Part shown: one piece after another, positions 37,914-46,403 of the stretch | Numbering within the stretch: the stretch's first letter is position 1 | Layout: each line of letters begins with the position of its first letter | Source: a virus | Taxonomy: Duplodnaviria > Caudoviricetes | Direction: 5' to 3' (one strand) | IMG/VR virus record: IMGVR_UViG_3300046822_000213 | Coordinates: 1-56,777 of that record | DNA: 56,777 nt | Notes under the pieces: model-generated | Database searches by the model: none | Told to the model about the DNA's origin: nothing | What the model saw: only the letters and a program-made list of their open reading frames with translations | Made by a program: the position numbers and the translations under genes

Positions 37914-39360
37914 TTTTAATTATCCTCTCTGGTAAAATGCGTAGCGCCTTGAAGACGCTCTCGACCATGTTGGCTTTGTATTGTAACGCCTCGGCTATCT
38001 TGTCGTCAATGGTCGAGCAGGAAATCGTGTGGTACACCACTGAATTGGTTTGACCGTAGCGGTGATTGCGATCAGCAGACTGCCACATGATGTCGGCGTC
38101 GAAGATGCACTCATAATACAACGTGGTTGAGCAGCGCTGGGTGTCGGTTCCCAGGAGAGTGTGGCCGCGCGCCCCCACGGTGAGTTGAGCCAGCATCACC
38201 TTGACGTTGTCATCCGTGTTGAATGCTAACTTGACCGCCTCAATTTCAGTGTCCTTCATCCCGCCGCGCAATACGACGAGACCATAGCCCTTCAGTGCCG
38301 TCGCCAGCGTCTCGACCGAGTGCCGGTGAAAGGCGAAGACGATGATTTTACCAGTGGTTGCTTCAATCACTTCCTTGGTGAGGTTGATCGCCGGGTTTTT
38401 GTCGGATGAGATCAAGTCACGAGCGACGCCTTCATTGTCAATAATGAAGCCACGGGCGATCTGCAGCAACTTGTTGTACATGTTACCGACATGAGCGGCA
38501 TAAATTACTTCCTCGCCCTCTTCCGGGTCCCAGATGGGCAAACCGGTGCAGTACTCCATCAGCATGCTGTCATACATTTCCTGCTGTAGCCGCTGCATCT
38601 CAAATTCAAGCGGGTGCGGCCAAATCTTCGGCGGCAGGTCGGTCCAGTCAACCTTGAGCGCCCGGATGCCGCAACTGGCGACGATGTTCTGGAACTCCAG
38701 CTCGCACTCCGGTCGCAGCCCTCGGGCCTCGCGTCCCTTGAAGCCGCCCATCACGGCAAAATGATTGCGGAAAGCGACTGGGTTCCAGCCGTTGAGCGCC
38801 CCACACCAGCGAAGCTGCGGATACATTTCCATGATGCTATTGGTCCAGGGCTGACCCGACATCGCCCGGAGCTGTTTAGCATAGCTTCGTAGAAACATTG
38901 CCTTCTTGTTCCACTTACCGCCGACCCTGGCGATCGCCCGGCTTTCATCGGCGGCCATCATGTACGGCGTGCCGGATTTCAGCAGTGCCTCCAGATGCTG
39001 GCCCCCAGAATGTAGCATCGACTCGTAGTTATAGACGATGGCGTGCGGCTCGCGGTACTCCCTGGCACCTACCTTTGGTACTTTAGGCCACGTGAATAGT
39101 GGGAACGGCATTTCCCACTTTGCCCATTCATCGCGCCACGTCGACTTGAGGTAGGACGGTGCCAGGATGACCAGCCCGGCGACGCGGCCCAGCGTCACTT
39201 CTCGCATGAAGTCGGCGCACAGCACCATCGACTTACCAAGGCCCATCTCCAGCCAATAACCATAGCGCTCGCGGTCGCGGCTGTGATCAAAGGCTAGCCG
39301 CTGCACTTCATATGGCTCGGCCTTCAGCGGCCAGTCATATGGCTTATCCACCACTTGCAT
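37849..39360 (-). CDS. SNF2-like SF2 helicase
   Basis: EMGLGKS, NYES, ADES, MSG.P, LLQI..GF, QS.DR.HRYGQ. Confidence 0.85.
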   Translation of the reverse strand: MQVVDKPYDWPLKAEPYEVQRLAFDHSRDRERYGYWLEMGLGKSMVLCADFMREVTLGRVAGLVILAPSYLKSTWRDEWAKWEMPFPLFTWPKVPKVGAREYREPHAIVYNYESMLHSGGQHLEALLKSGTPYMMAADESRAIARVGGKWNKKAMFLRSYAKQLRAMSGQPWTNSIMEMYPQLRWCGALNGWNPVAFRNHFAVMGGFKGREARGLRPECELEFQNIVASCGIRALKVDWTDLPPKIWPHPLEFEMQRLQQEMYDSMLMEYCTGLPIWDPEEGEEVIYAAHVGNMYNKLLQIARGFIIDNEGVARDLISSDKNPAINLTKEVIEATTGKIIVFAFHRHSVETLATALKGYGLVVLRGGMKDTEIEAVKLAFNTDDNVKVMLAQLTVGARGHTLLGTDTQRCSTTLYYECIFDADIMWQSADRNHRYGQTNSVVYHTISCSTIDDKIAEALQYKANMVESVFKALRILPERIIKNGKEISKRSTGNRREIARSVG

Positions 39361-39362
39361 CC

Positions 39363-39542
39363 TTATACGAGACCTTTCTCCTGGGCGAGCCATTCGGGCA
39401 TAGTGAATGACTCACCATCATGTTCAGTCAGGGACTTAGGCACCCAGCACTCGATTTCGCCGTCATTGATGAGATAAGCCAGCTCGGTCTCCCTGATGAG
39501 TTCGGCTTCGATCTCCACCGTCTCCCGCTCACGTGCCATCTG
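39363..39542 (-). CDS. Conserved small phage protein (W.PKS...TMPEWLA.EKGL)
   Basis: Recognisable motif; GGGTGA RBS. Confidence 0.7.
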   Translation of the reverse strand, partial: QMARERETVEIEAELIRETELAYLINDGEIECWVPKSLTEHDGESFTMPEWLAQEKGLV

Positions 39543-39957
39543 CGTCACCCCCTCTTATTTTGGTCTGGATGGCAACATCGGCCAAGAAAGCGTAGTTGGC
39601 AACGTCGGCCAATTCAAATAACGTGTTCATGTCGAGCGCATCGGCGGCGAATTGCTCTTCAAATTCAGTTATCTCGGATCGCAATCGCTCAATGATGCGC
39701 GGCACGTCATCCACCACGGGAGTTTGCTTGTGGCTGTTTTTATCCAGCTTGACCAGCATGGCAGTGAAAAACCGGTGTAGGTCGGTGTTATATTGGGCAA
39801 GTGACTTCGGGATAGTTAGTGTCAGTTCCACGTCGGTCTCCGCCGTTACACCATATTTAGGGCAGTGCGGTTCGTGATACCTGCCAAAGCCAGTGAAGCA
39901 AAAGCAGCAAGCCCCCGAAACATCCTCTGCTAGTTCTGTGTCGACTCCCAGTTCCAA
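39529..39957 (-). CDS. MazG-like all-alpha nucleotide pyrophosphohydrolase (MazZ candidate) with N-terminal Cys/His motif
   Basis: L..EI.EF......E.ADVAN.A acidic tetrad of MazG-like enzymes; two genes from purZ. Confidence 0.6.
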   Translation of the reverse strand: MELGVDTELAEDVSGACCFCFTGFGRYHEPHCPKYGVTAETDVELTLTIPKSLAQYNTDLHRFFTAMLVKLDKNSHKQTPVVDDVPRIIERLRSEITEFEEQFAADALDMNTLFELADVANYAFLADVAIQTKIRGGDADGT

Positions 39958-39966
39958 GTCGGCCCC

Positions 39967-40326
39967 TTATTCAATGACACGAAATTGGTCGCCATCGTTC
40001 ACTCGACGCCCGGTGCCACCGCGAAAGCGAATAACCCGCTGCGCTACCGGATGGCCCACCCACTGGTCCCATACCAAAAGGCCCCCTTCGACCTCTTCGA
40101 TGAAAATGGCGGCATGACTGCGGCCATCGGTGTGGTTACCGTAATGCCCGTCACTATCGAACGTGGCAATAGCCACGCCCCCTTCGAGGCCGCTGCCGCG
40201 CACCATGACACCGGGTTGCCAATGCGAAGTGTGCGGCGCATCCGTGCAAGTTTGGACGTATCTGACGCACTGGCCGTTAGCCACGACTTGCCCCTCATAG
40301 CCCTCTGGATTACTGGCGATCCACAT
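39967..40326 (-). CDS. BPSL0067-family papain-like peptidoglycan amidase (endolysin candidate)
   Basis: GQCV.YV...T..W..G..V....G.AIATF...G.Y.N...G.SHAAIF...V.DQW; GGAGG RBS before ATG 40326. Confidence 0.75.
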   Translation of the reverse strand: MWIASNPEGYEGQVVANGQCVRYVQTCTDAPHTSHWQPGVMVRGSGLEGGVAIATFDSDGHYGNHTDGRSHAAIFIEEVEGGLLVWDQWVGHPVAQRVIRFRGGTGRRVNDGDQFRVIE

Positions 40327-41452
40327 GTGTTCCTCCATCAGAGTTCCACGTCGGCTCTCGCTTATCGTACCACGACACTGCGGCGTCCAGGTTGTCGGTG
40401 ACATCCTCAACCGCTGGCCCGAAACCGTAAATGCGGTGAACATTTGCATTGCCTACCTTGCGCTCAATCCGCTGCATGTGATGTAGCAGACCCAAAAATG
40501 CCGTGCCGCTTGGCAGGTAGTTGCAGAAATTGAGGAAGACCATCGTCGGGCGGTTCAGCTCCAGCGCATCCTGGTACTGTTGATTGGACCACGAGGCGAT
40601 GCGCCGCATCCGCTTGGTGACAGTGGTGCGCTCTGGCTCGATACCGGGAAAGTCGCGCTTCCAATCCAGCTCAATCGAATCTGGGTAAAATGGCCCGCTG
40701 CGGCCCAGCAGCTCGCCCTGCTCGTTGTAAGAGTCACCGACCCGGATCGGGTAGGTCCGCATCGTCATGCAGATCGGCCCAATGAATGACGGATGAATAC
40801 CGGCATCGGACAGCCCGGCGGTGACGTAAGCATCGCGGCTGGTGCAGTATGGGTAGGCGTAGCCGTGGTTGAGGCTGAGACCGGCCCCCTGCGGAATTTC
40901 CAGGACGATCGACGCGTTGTAGATGTCCATCTCGCCGTTGAGGCACAGCGGCTCTACTTTCACCCAGGAAGGCAATTTTGATCCCTGGGCCAGCGGCGCG
41001 CGCCGCATTACTTTATCAGCGATCGCCTGTCCGACACCATGCATGGTCGAGGCGATCCGTGCCGGACCATTTTCTGGGATGCGCTCCGCCGCCTTCATCG
41101 CATCGGTAATGATTGACGCGCGCGGGTGCACTGTGATCCGCAGCCGGTCAATCTTGCAATCCTCGACTTCTTGCTCAAATGACGGCAGGTCAATGATTGA
41201 ACCGGCGTTGATGTAAATTCTGGATTCGGGCCGCAACACCCCCGTCGTTGGCAGGGTGTAGCAGATGAATTTCCAGCCATCGACGATCGAAGTGTGACCA
41301 GCGTTTGCGCCGCTGTTGCAGGTAGCAATTCCAACCGGATCGCGGCAAAATCTTGCTAGCCATGCGGCAGCGGCCCCCTTACCGGTCGACCCAAAGGCCC
41401 CGTCACATAGCACCGATACTTTGCCACATTTTGACCACTCGCCAACCGTCAT
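40310..41452 (-). CDS. purZ: PurZ-type N6-succino-2-amino-2'-deoxyadenylate synthase (adenylosuccinate synthetase paralogue)
   Basis: P-loop FGSTGKG (Ser where PurA has the catalytic Asp in GDEGKG), NAGHT, YPYCTSR, TYPIRVG, TTVT, FLNFCNY in place of PurA TKLD. Confidence 0.85.
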   Translation of the reverse strand: MTVGEWSKCGKVSVLCDGAFGSTGKGAAAAWLARFCRDPVGIATCNSGANAGHTSIVDGWKFICYTLPTTGVLRPESRIYINAGSIIDLPSFEQEVEDCKIDRLRITVHPRASIITDAMKAAERIPENGPARIASTMHGVGQAIADKVMRRAPLAQGSKLPSWVKVEPLCLNGEMDIYNASIVLEIPQGAGLSLNHGYAYPYCTSRDAYVTAGLSDAGIHPSFIGPICMTMRTYPIRVGDSYNEQGELLGRSGPFYPDSIELDWKRDFPGIEPERTTVTKRMRRIASWSNQQYQDALELNRPTMVFLNFCNYLPSGTAFLGLLHHMQRIERKVGNANVHRIYGFGPAVEDVTDNLDAAVSWYDKREPTWNSDGGTHVDRQ

Positions 41453-41976
41453 TCCGGATACCCTTTCTGTAGGTCACGCCACGATACCCGGTTGCGATTA
41501 GACCGAATTAACCTGTCATCTGGCTTTCCCAGCCATTCTACCTCGATCTGCCCAGCACCGCATTCAAGGCTACGGATGATGCCGATCGCGCCACTCCCCC
41601 GGAAAACTACGTGATCACCGACGCGGGCCTCCTTGTCATCGGCTAGTTTCACTCCGCGCTTTCCCTTGTGACCAACACTGCGTACCGCGTCACTCGGCGG
41701 TATCGATCCGGACTCCAACCGAATTTCAGCTAAAGCACGGGCAACCAGCATCGGGTAGCCCGCCATATCAACCCAATGCTCTTCACAATTGTGATCGCCC
41801 GATAGCATTCGAGCGATCTTAATAGTCATCAGGTCCAGCACTTCGCGTTGAAATTCGGAGAGCTTCGGCCAGTTGGGTGAGCCGCGCCATATTTCTTTGG
41901 CGGCTTGGGCTATCCTGGCGTTTTCGGTAAATGGGCCGTGAGTGTCGCTGCGAACGTTAATCGGGTGATCGTCCAT
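41449..41976 (-). CDS. DUF6378-like protein with C-terminal SH3-like extension
   Basis: R...HG.F......Q..K...L...KIAR...GD....HW.D.AGY..L motif; GATAGAGGAG RBS; ATGA-coupled to purZ. Confidence 0.7.
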   Translation of the reverse strand: MDDHPINVRSDTHGPFTENARIAQAAKEIWRGSPNWPKLSEFQREVLDLMTIKIARMLSGDHNCEEHWVDMAGYPMLVARALAEIRLESGSIPPSDAVRSVGHKGKRGVKLADDKEARVGDHVVFRGSGAIGIIRSLECGAGQIEVEWLGKPDDRLIRSNRNRVSWRDLQKGYPE

Positions 41977-41992
41977 CGGCCCCTCTCCTCTA

Positions 41993-42493
41993 TCACGCCT
42001 CCATACAAGCACGGATGGCGGTCTTGTGTCTAGACATCTCATGAGAAACTAGCAGCCGCTGCATGATGGCGACGATTGGCCATGCTCCGCCGCGATCACG
42101 GAACAAGCCGACACGTGCCGGATCCACGTTCAAATCAACCAATAGTGGCGACGCCATCAGGACATGATCAGCTTCATGGTCAGTGCCAACCTGCATCGCC
42201 ACCCGACCAGTGCCGGATTTCACTTCGACCGCCAAGATCCATCCGGCGCAGCCCCCCGCCTGCTGCACTTCGCGCAAGAACTTACTTTGGTGCGCGGTTA
42301 ATTCCAGCGGATAGCGTTCCGACAACCGCAGCCCGCGTAGGAACTTAACCTCTAGGAACCAATGAGGATAGCCCGGCAACACCAGCGACAGGTCAGCTAC
42401 CCCTACCGTGAAAGCATTGCTGCACTTAAAGCCGTGGCCCCCGGCGTCATTGGCAGCTTTGGCCAGCGCGGCCTGGATCAATAATTCGTTGAT
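41993..42493 (-). CDS. VRR-NUC / PD-(D/E)xK nuclease (Holliday junction resolvase candidate)
   Basis: GVADL......FLEVK...LT.HQ.KFL......GG; start either TTG 42481 or ATC 42493. Confidence 0.7.
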   Translation of the reverse strand: MNELLIQAALAKAANDAGGHGFKCSNAFTVGVADLSLVLPGYPHWFLEVKFLRGLRLSERYPLELTAHQSKFLREVQQAGGCAGWILAVEVKSGTGRVAMQVGTDHEADHVLMASPLLVDLNVDPARVGLFRDRGGAWPIVAIMQRLLVSHEMSRHKTAIRACMEA

Positions 42494-43089
42494 ATCAACC
42501 TCCCTTTACGCGAGTTATCCCTCGCCCACAACGGTTGAATATTAGTGAAGTGACAAGCCGCCAAGAATTGTTCCCGATTAGTAAGATCAAAAGAAGCTAA
42601 CGGGCGTATATGATCAAGATGCCACTTACCATAATTATTCCAGGACATGCCTGTCCAAAAAAGCGTTTCGATGTAATCCCGAAACGCTGAAATAGTGCAC
42701 CCAAGATCGCGGACAGCGGACCCAGCGCGGGCATTCGAGCGAACTGCCATGTTAAGACGAGTTCGAAGCTTTTGTCGAAGCATTGTCAAAGGATGTTTGC
42801 TTCGGCATGTCGGGCAACGACCGTAACCCGGAGCGTTGGCTGTCGGAATAAAAATGCGGCTACACACAACACATGACTTAATCCGTCGCGGTTTTCTCTT
42901 TTGCCTACATGTTCCGCATCGCGACCTTGCCCCTTGACTTGGCGTAGTTTTAAACGTACGCTCGCAGTCAAGACACACTCGCTCCTGTATGGGCTGTGAT
43001 CTAACGTGACATCTATTACAACGCCCGCCCCCCGGTCTAGCACGTGGCGGGGTGTAGTCTTTGCCGCAATCACGGCAGATTTTAGTCAT
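42478..43089 (-). CDS. HNH endonuclease with N-terminal Zn-finger repeats
   Basis: LGCT...F..Y.E..F..GMSW.NYG.WHLDHI.PL..FDL.....HFTN.QPLW..DN..KG; three CxxC..CxxC units; AT-richer than its neighbours. Confidence 0.8.
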   Translation of the reverse strand: MTKICRDCGKDYTPPRARPGGGRCNRCHVRSQPIQERVCLDCERTFKTTPSQGARSRCGTCRQKRKPRRIKSCVVCSRIFIPTANAPGYGRCPTCRSKHPLTMLRQKLRTRLNMAVRSNARAGSAVRDLGCTISAFRDYIETLFWTGMSWNNYGKWHLDHIRPLASFDLTNREQFLAACHFTNIQPLWARDNSRKGRLISTNY

Positions 43090-45080
43090 ACGGCCTCTCC
43101 CGTGGCCGTCCGCTGCATGAGAGGCGTCGCGGCTATAGATATAGCGGCCAGCGTGCCTCCCTGCACCAGAGAGGCCGCGACGGGCGTCGCCTGGGGCATC
43201 TGGACCGCCCCGCGCACCCGGTCGTAGTCGCTGCCCATCTCGCGGAAGGCGTCACGCACCTGACCGAGACCGTAGGACGCCTCCGCCCAGTTGGCCCCCT
43301 CGTCCACCTCAAGGGCCAGCGGCACGGTCAGATCGAACTTCTGGCCGGGTCCGTAATCCTCGGTCATCATCACCAGTGCGCGTTGGTAGACTTGTTGGTT
43401 GTCCGGATGATAGCTGAAATCGAGGCTGTCGTGCACATTGTTGAGCAAGAAAGTCGTATCGCCCTGCGCCATCAGATATTCGTCGATCTCGGCCATCGAC
43501 CGCTTTAAGATATCGGCGTTGCTGGTTTGCAGGATGCGATTAAGCGCCCGGTAGGCAAAATTCGGATTAGGCTCACGTGACCGGCGGCCCATCAATGACT
43601 TGATGTAACCACGCTGCTCCATGACGCCGGTAGCATAAGACTGGAAGCCACCATTGCCCGGAACTGCCGGGCTATTTTTATTCAGTTCGGGCATTGCCTC
43701 GAAGTAATCATTGACAATTTGGTCGGCCTCGGCCTGTGGGCGGTTCAACATCAGCGCTGCCTTGCGGCGACCACAGCCGGTCAGCAGCGCTTGGTTTAGT
43801 TGCTTACCCGCCTGCCTTGGAATATTGGCAGCGAGCGCGACCGCTGAATGAGCATCGATCGGCGGGTCAGACATGTAACCTTCAATCAGCACCTTTACTT
43901 GAGCAAAATGGGCGAGGAGACGCGGCTCGATTTGGCTGTAGTCAGGCGATCCCCAGACATGCCCTTCTTCCGGGATGAAGATCGAGCGGAACAACGACCC
44001 AAGGATCGGGTCACGTTTGTTCACCTGCTGTAGATTCGGGTCACTGGATGATAGCCGCCCGGTGACGGTACCGTACTGCTCACCTCGGGTCTGGTTGTAG
44101 CTGGTGTGAACCCTGCCGTTCCACAGGTGGCGCTCCGCCATCGGGCGCAGGAAGGCGTTTTCGAGATGGGACAGCTTGCGGACAGTAACGATGTCGCGGC
44201 CCAGTGGCGTGGTCAGCAACCAATGCTCAGCAAAGGACGGGATGCCATTTGGATGCATCTTGCTGGGAGCGGTCATCGGCCAGTTGGTGAGACTGGCGTC
44301 GGTGAAGATCTGCTTAAGCTGGGTAGGTGCATTTTCATTGAAGCCGGGCGGCAGGCGACGCCGGGCCTGCTCCATTCGCTGCTTGATCATCCGGCGCACC
44401 TGATCGAGCCGCTCCTCATCGATTCGCACGCCGCGCACCATCATCCGGTGCAGCACTCGAATGCAGCGATTCTCGATCTCCCAAATACCGGTCAGGTTCT
44501 GGGAAGCGATCTCTGGTAACTGAGCATCGCGTAGCTGCCACGTGCTGGTGCCGTCGCCCACCGCGTAGTCGACTGCAACGGCGTCGTCACCAGCCAGCTT
44601 CCAGTAGTGCTGCATTTGCTTGCGATCAGGCGTCCCGCCGAAACGCCCGGCCAAACGCTTGTACAACTCTTCACCCTTTTTCTCCTGGACCTTCATTGCG
44701 ATGCAGCAGGCTTCCAGGGTGAATGATCGCTGGTTTTCATCAATGAGATAGGCATTGATCTGGGCGTCCTCCAGTGGCCCCCTAATTTCGACATCATCGC
44801 GGTGCATGAATTTGAGATCAAAGCTATAGGAGAAGCCGATCGTGCGCAGGTCGGGCCGCGACAGGTGACGGCGCAGCATCGCTAATGTCTTGTCCGGGTC
44901 GAGGTTGCCGCCGCCGCCGTGCCGGATCGGCAGGTAATGCGAGTCCGCAGGATTGCCGGAAAAGGTCAGGACGTAACCAACGGTGTGGTCGTTTTTCCAG
45001 TCCAACCCGGTCGTCTCGGTGTCGATCACCAGCTCTTTGGCGGCGTCGATGCGGCTGGCGATCCAGCTAAGGTCGATCAT
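43086..45080 (-). CDS. Family A DNA polymerase with 3'-5' exonuclease (DpoZ candidate)
   Basis: DTETTG exonuclease motif, TGRLSSSDPNLQ, motif A DYSQIEPR, motif C VHDS; no 5'-3' exonuclease domain. Confidence 0.9.
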   Translation of the reverse strand: MIDLSWIASRIDAAKELVIDTETTGLDWKNDHTVGYVLTFSGNPADSHYLPIRHGGGGNLDPDKTLAMLRRHLSRPDLRTIGFSYSFDLKFMHRDDVEIRGPLEDAQINAYLIDENQRSFTLEACCIAMKVQEKKGEELYKRLAGRFGGTPDRKQMQHYWKLAGDDAVAVDYAVGDGTSTWQLRDAQLPEIASQNLTGIWEIENRCIRVLHRMMVRGVRIDEERLDQVRRMIKQRMEQARRRLPPGFNENAPTQLKQIFTDASLTNWPMTAPSKMHPNGIPSFAEHWLLTTPLGRDIVTVRKLSHLENAFLRPMAERHLWNGRVHTSYNQTRGEQYGTVTGRLSSSDPNLQQVNKRDPILGSLFRSIFIPEEGHVWGSPDYSQIEPRLLAHFAQVKVLIEGYMSDPPIDAHSAVALAANIPRQAGKQLNQALLTGCGRRKAALMLNRPQAEADQIVNDYFEAMPELNKNSPAVPGNGGFQSYATGVMEQRGYIKSLMGRRSREPNPNFAYRALNRILQTSNADILKRSMAEIDEYLMAQGDTTFLLNNVHDSLDFSYHPDNQQVYQRALVMMTEDYGPGQKFDLTVPLALEVDEGANWAEASYGLGQVRDAFREMGSDYDRVRGAVQMPQATPVAASLVQGGTLAAISIAATPLMQRTATGEAV
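43091..43187. repeat. Inverted-repeat element with GCTATAGATATAGC core (copy 3, inside the polymerase 3' end)
   Basis: Core 43132-43145 is identical to 23832-23845; flanked by cggcctctc / gagaggccg. Confidence 0.75.
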
Positions 45081-45274
45081 GTGAATTGATCCGTCAAATC
45101 TTCAAGCCAGCGCCACTGCGCCCCTGATACCCAAATTTCGGCCCCTTCCAAGCCATAACGCTTGATCATGTCATCCAGAAAATGTGTAGCGCTCGGGTAT
45201 AGCTTGGATCGGACTTCATTCAACATCGTAAGGTATTCCTCCAGACGGGCGGTTTCGTCGTCGCTAAGTGACAC
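45077..45274 (-). CDS. Small conserved protein (F...M..R......S..Q..WL)
   Basis: GTG after a G-rich RBS; ATGA coupling to the polymerase. Confidence 0.6.
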   Translation of the reverse strand: MSLSDDETARLEEYLTMLNEVRSKLYPSATHFLDDMIKRYGLEGAEIWVSGAQWRWLEDLTDQFT

Positions 45275-45456
45275 CGGACACCCCCCTTTGAATAGAGCGA
45301 GGGGCGGGATCGCTAGAGCTGCAGCCACCACGACCGCTAGCTGTCCTAGAGTCTCACCCGCCCCTCTGGCCGCAGCGCGCCGTCTCCCTAGCTTAACCGT
45401 GACAGGAGACCGTTCGAGTTTGTCACAATCAAGCAAACTGCGCCCTACGACGTCCC

Positions 45457-46347
45457 TTAGAAGCGGCTCTCTTTCTGAGCCATCTCTTCGGTTACGTTTA
45501 CCCTACCGCCACCGCTAGTGTCCGACGTCTCGTCCTGTGCACCCTCCATGTCGCGCAGCACGACTGGGGTTGCCTTGAAGACTTCGGCCATCGACTTATA
45601 CTCGTCATACTGGTCCGGGTCCGTAATAAAACCGTCCGTCATGAAGCGGTAGTTATGGAACTGCTGATCCTGCGGCCCATCGACGACGGACGACATGACG
45701 AACCTGATGCCATATACCGGCACTTTGATGCTCATGAACTTGATCTTGCTCAGCAGTTTGCGCACCACCGACAAGGAGGAGCGCTGCAACATCATCGCCA
45801 CCGGTCCGACTTCCGGATACTCTTCGATCGCGATCACCAGCACGTGGCACTCGGTCGCGGCGGGCGGCGACTTATAGTCGGACGGGTCATAGGTACCCCA
45901 CTCGGCTAGCCGCGACTCTGCCACGGTTGGCCGAGTGCGCCACACTACCTCGGTGCCGCGCTTGTCGACCTTCACCTTGAACTCGGCATTAGGCGGGTTC
46001 CAGTGGATCTCGTCATCAGCGCGAGCCAGGATGCCACCCTTATCGATCGGCGGGCGGGGTGCCCATAATACGTAGCGCCGCGTGGCATTCAGCACCGTGA
46101 TGGTTAGCTTGCTGCCCAGGCTCTGCTCCAGCGTAGTGTGGAAGAAATCTCCAGCCTTGACGCCGTCATAATTCTGGATCTCAGGGGAGATGCCCTGGAT
46201 CAATTTCAGCCGGGGCATCTCGAAGCTGGATGTCGACCAGCCTTCGGTGCCTTTACCGGCATCACCGCGCATGAACTCTGGCACGTCGCCCATGATACCG
46301 ACCGCGCCGCCGTTTTTCTTAGCCTCGACTTCCTGTGACTTGGCCAT
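45457..46347 (-). CDS. Putative ssDNA-binding / replication accessory protein
   Basis: PRLKLIQ.ISPE motif, acidic tail ending in Phe, upstream of the polymerase. Confidence 0.45.
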   Translation of the reverse strand: MAKSQEVEAKKNGGAVGIMGDVPEFMRGDAGKGTEGWSTSSFEMPRLKLIQGISPEIQNYDGVKAGDFFHTTLEQSLGSKLTITVLNATRRYVLWAPRPPIDKGGILARADDEIHWNPPNAEFKVKVDKRGTEVVWRTRPTVAESRLAEWGTYDPSDYKSPPAATECHVLVIAIEEYPEVGPVAMMLQRSSLSVVRKLLSKIKFMSIKVPVYGIRFVMSSVVDGPQDQQFHNYRFMTDGFITDPDQYDEYKSMAEVFKATPVVLRDMEGAQDETSDTSGGGRVNVTEEMAQKESRF

Positions 46348-46403
46348 CGCTACTTGTCCTCTCTTTATTGGGCCAGATTATGTCGCGCCCGGCCCGCTGC
46401 GCG

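Noticed and set aside
40310-41452. Ordinary host-like purA auxiliary gene
   Set aside because: Catalytic Asp replaced by Ser (GSTGKG) and the TKLD GTP-binding motif replaced by NFCN.
45290-45420. Fourth copy of the GCTATA..TATAGC element
   Set aside because: Has GC-rich inverted arms (ggggcggg/cccgcccc) but no matching core; left unassigned.
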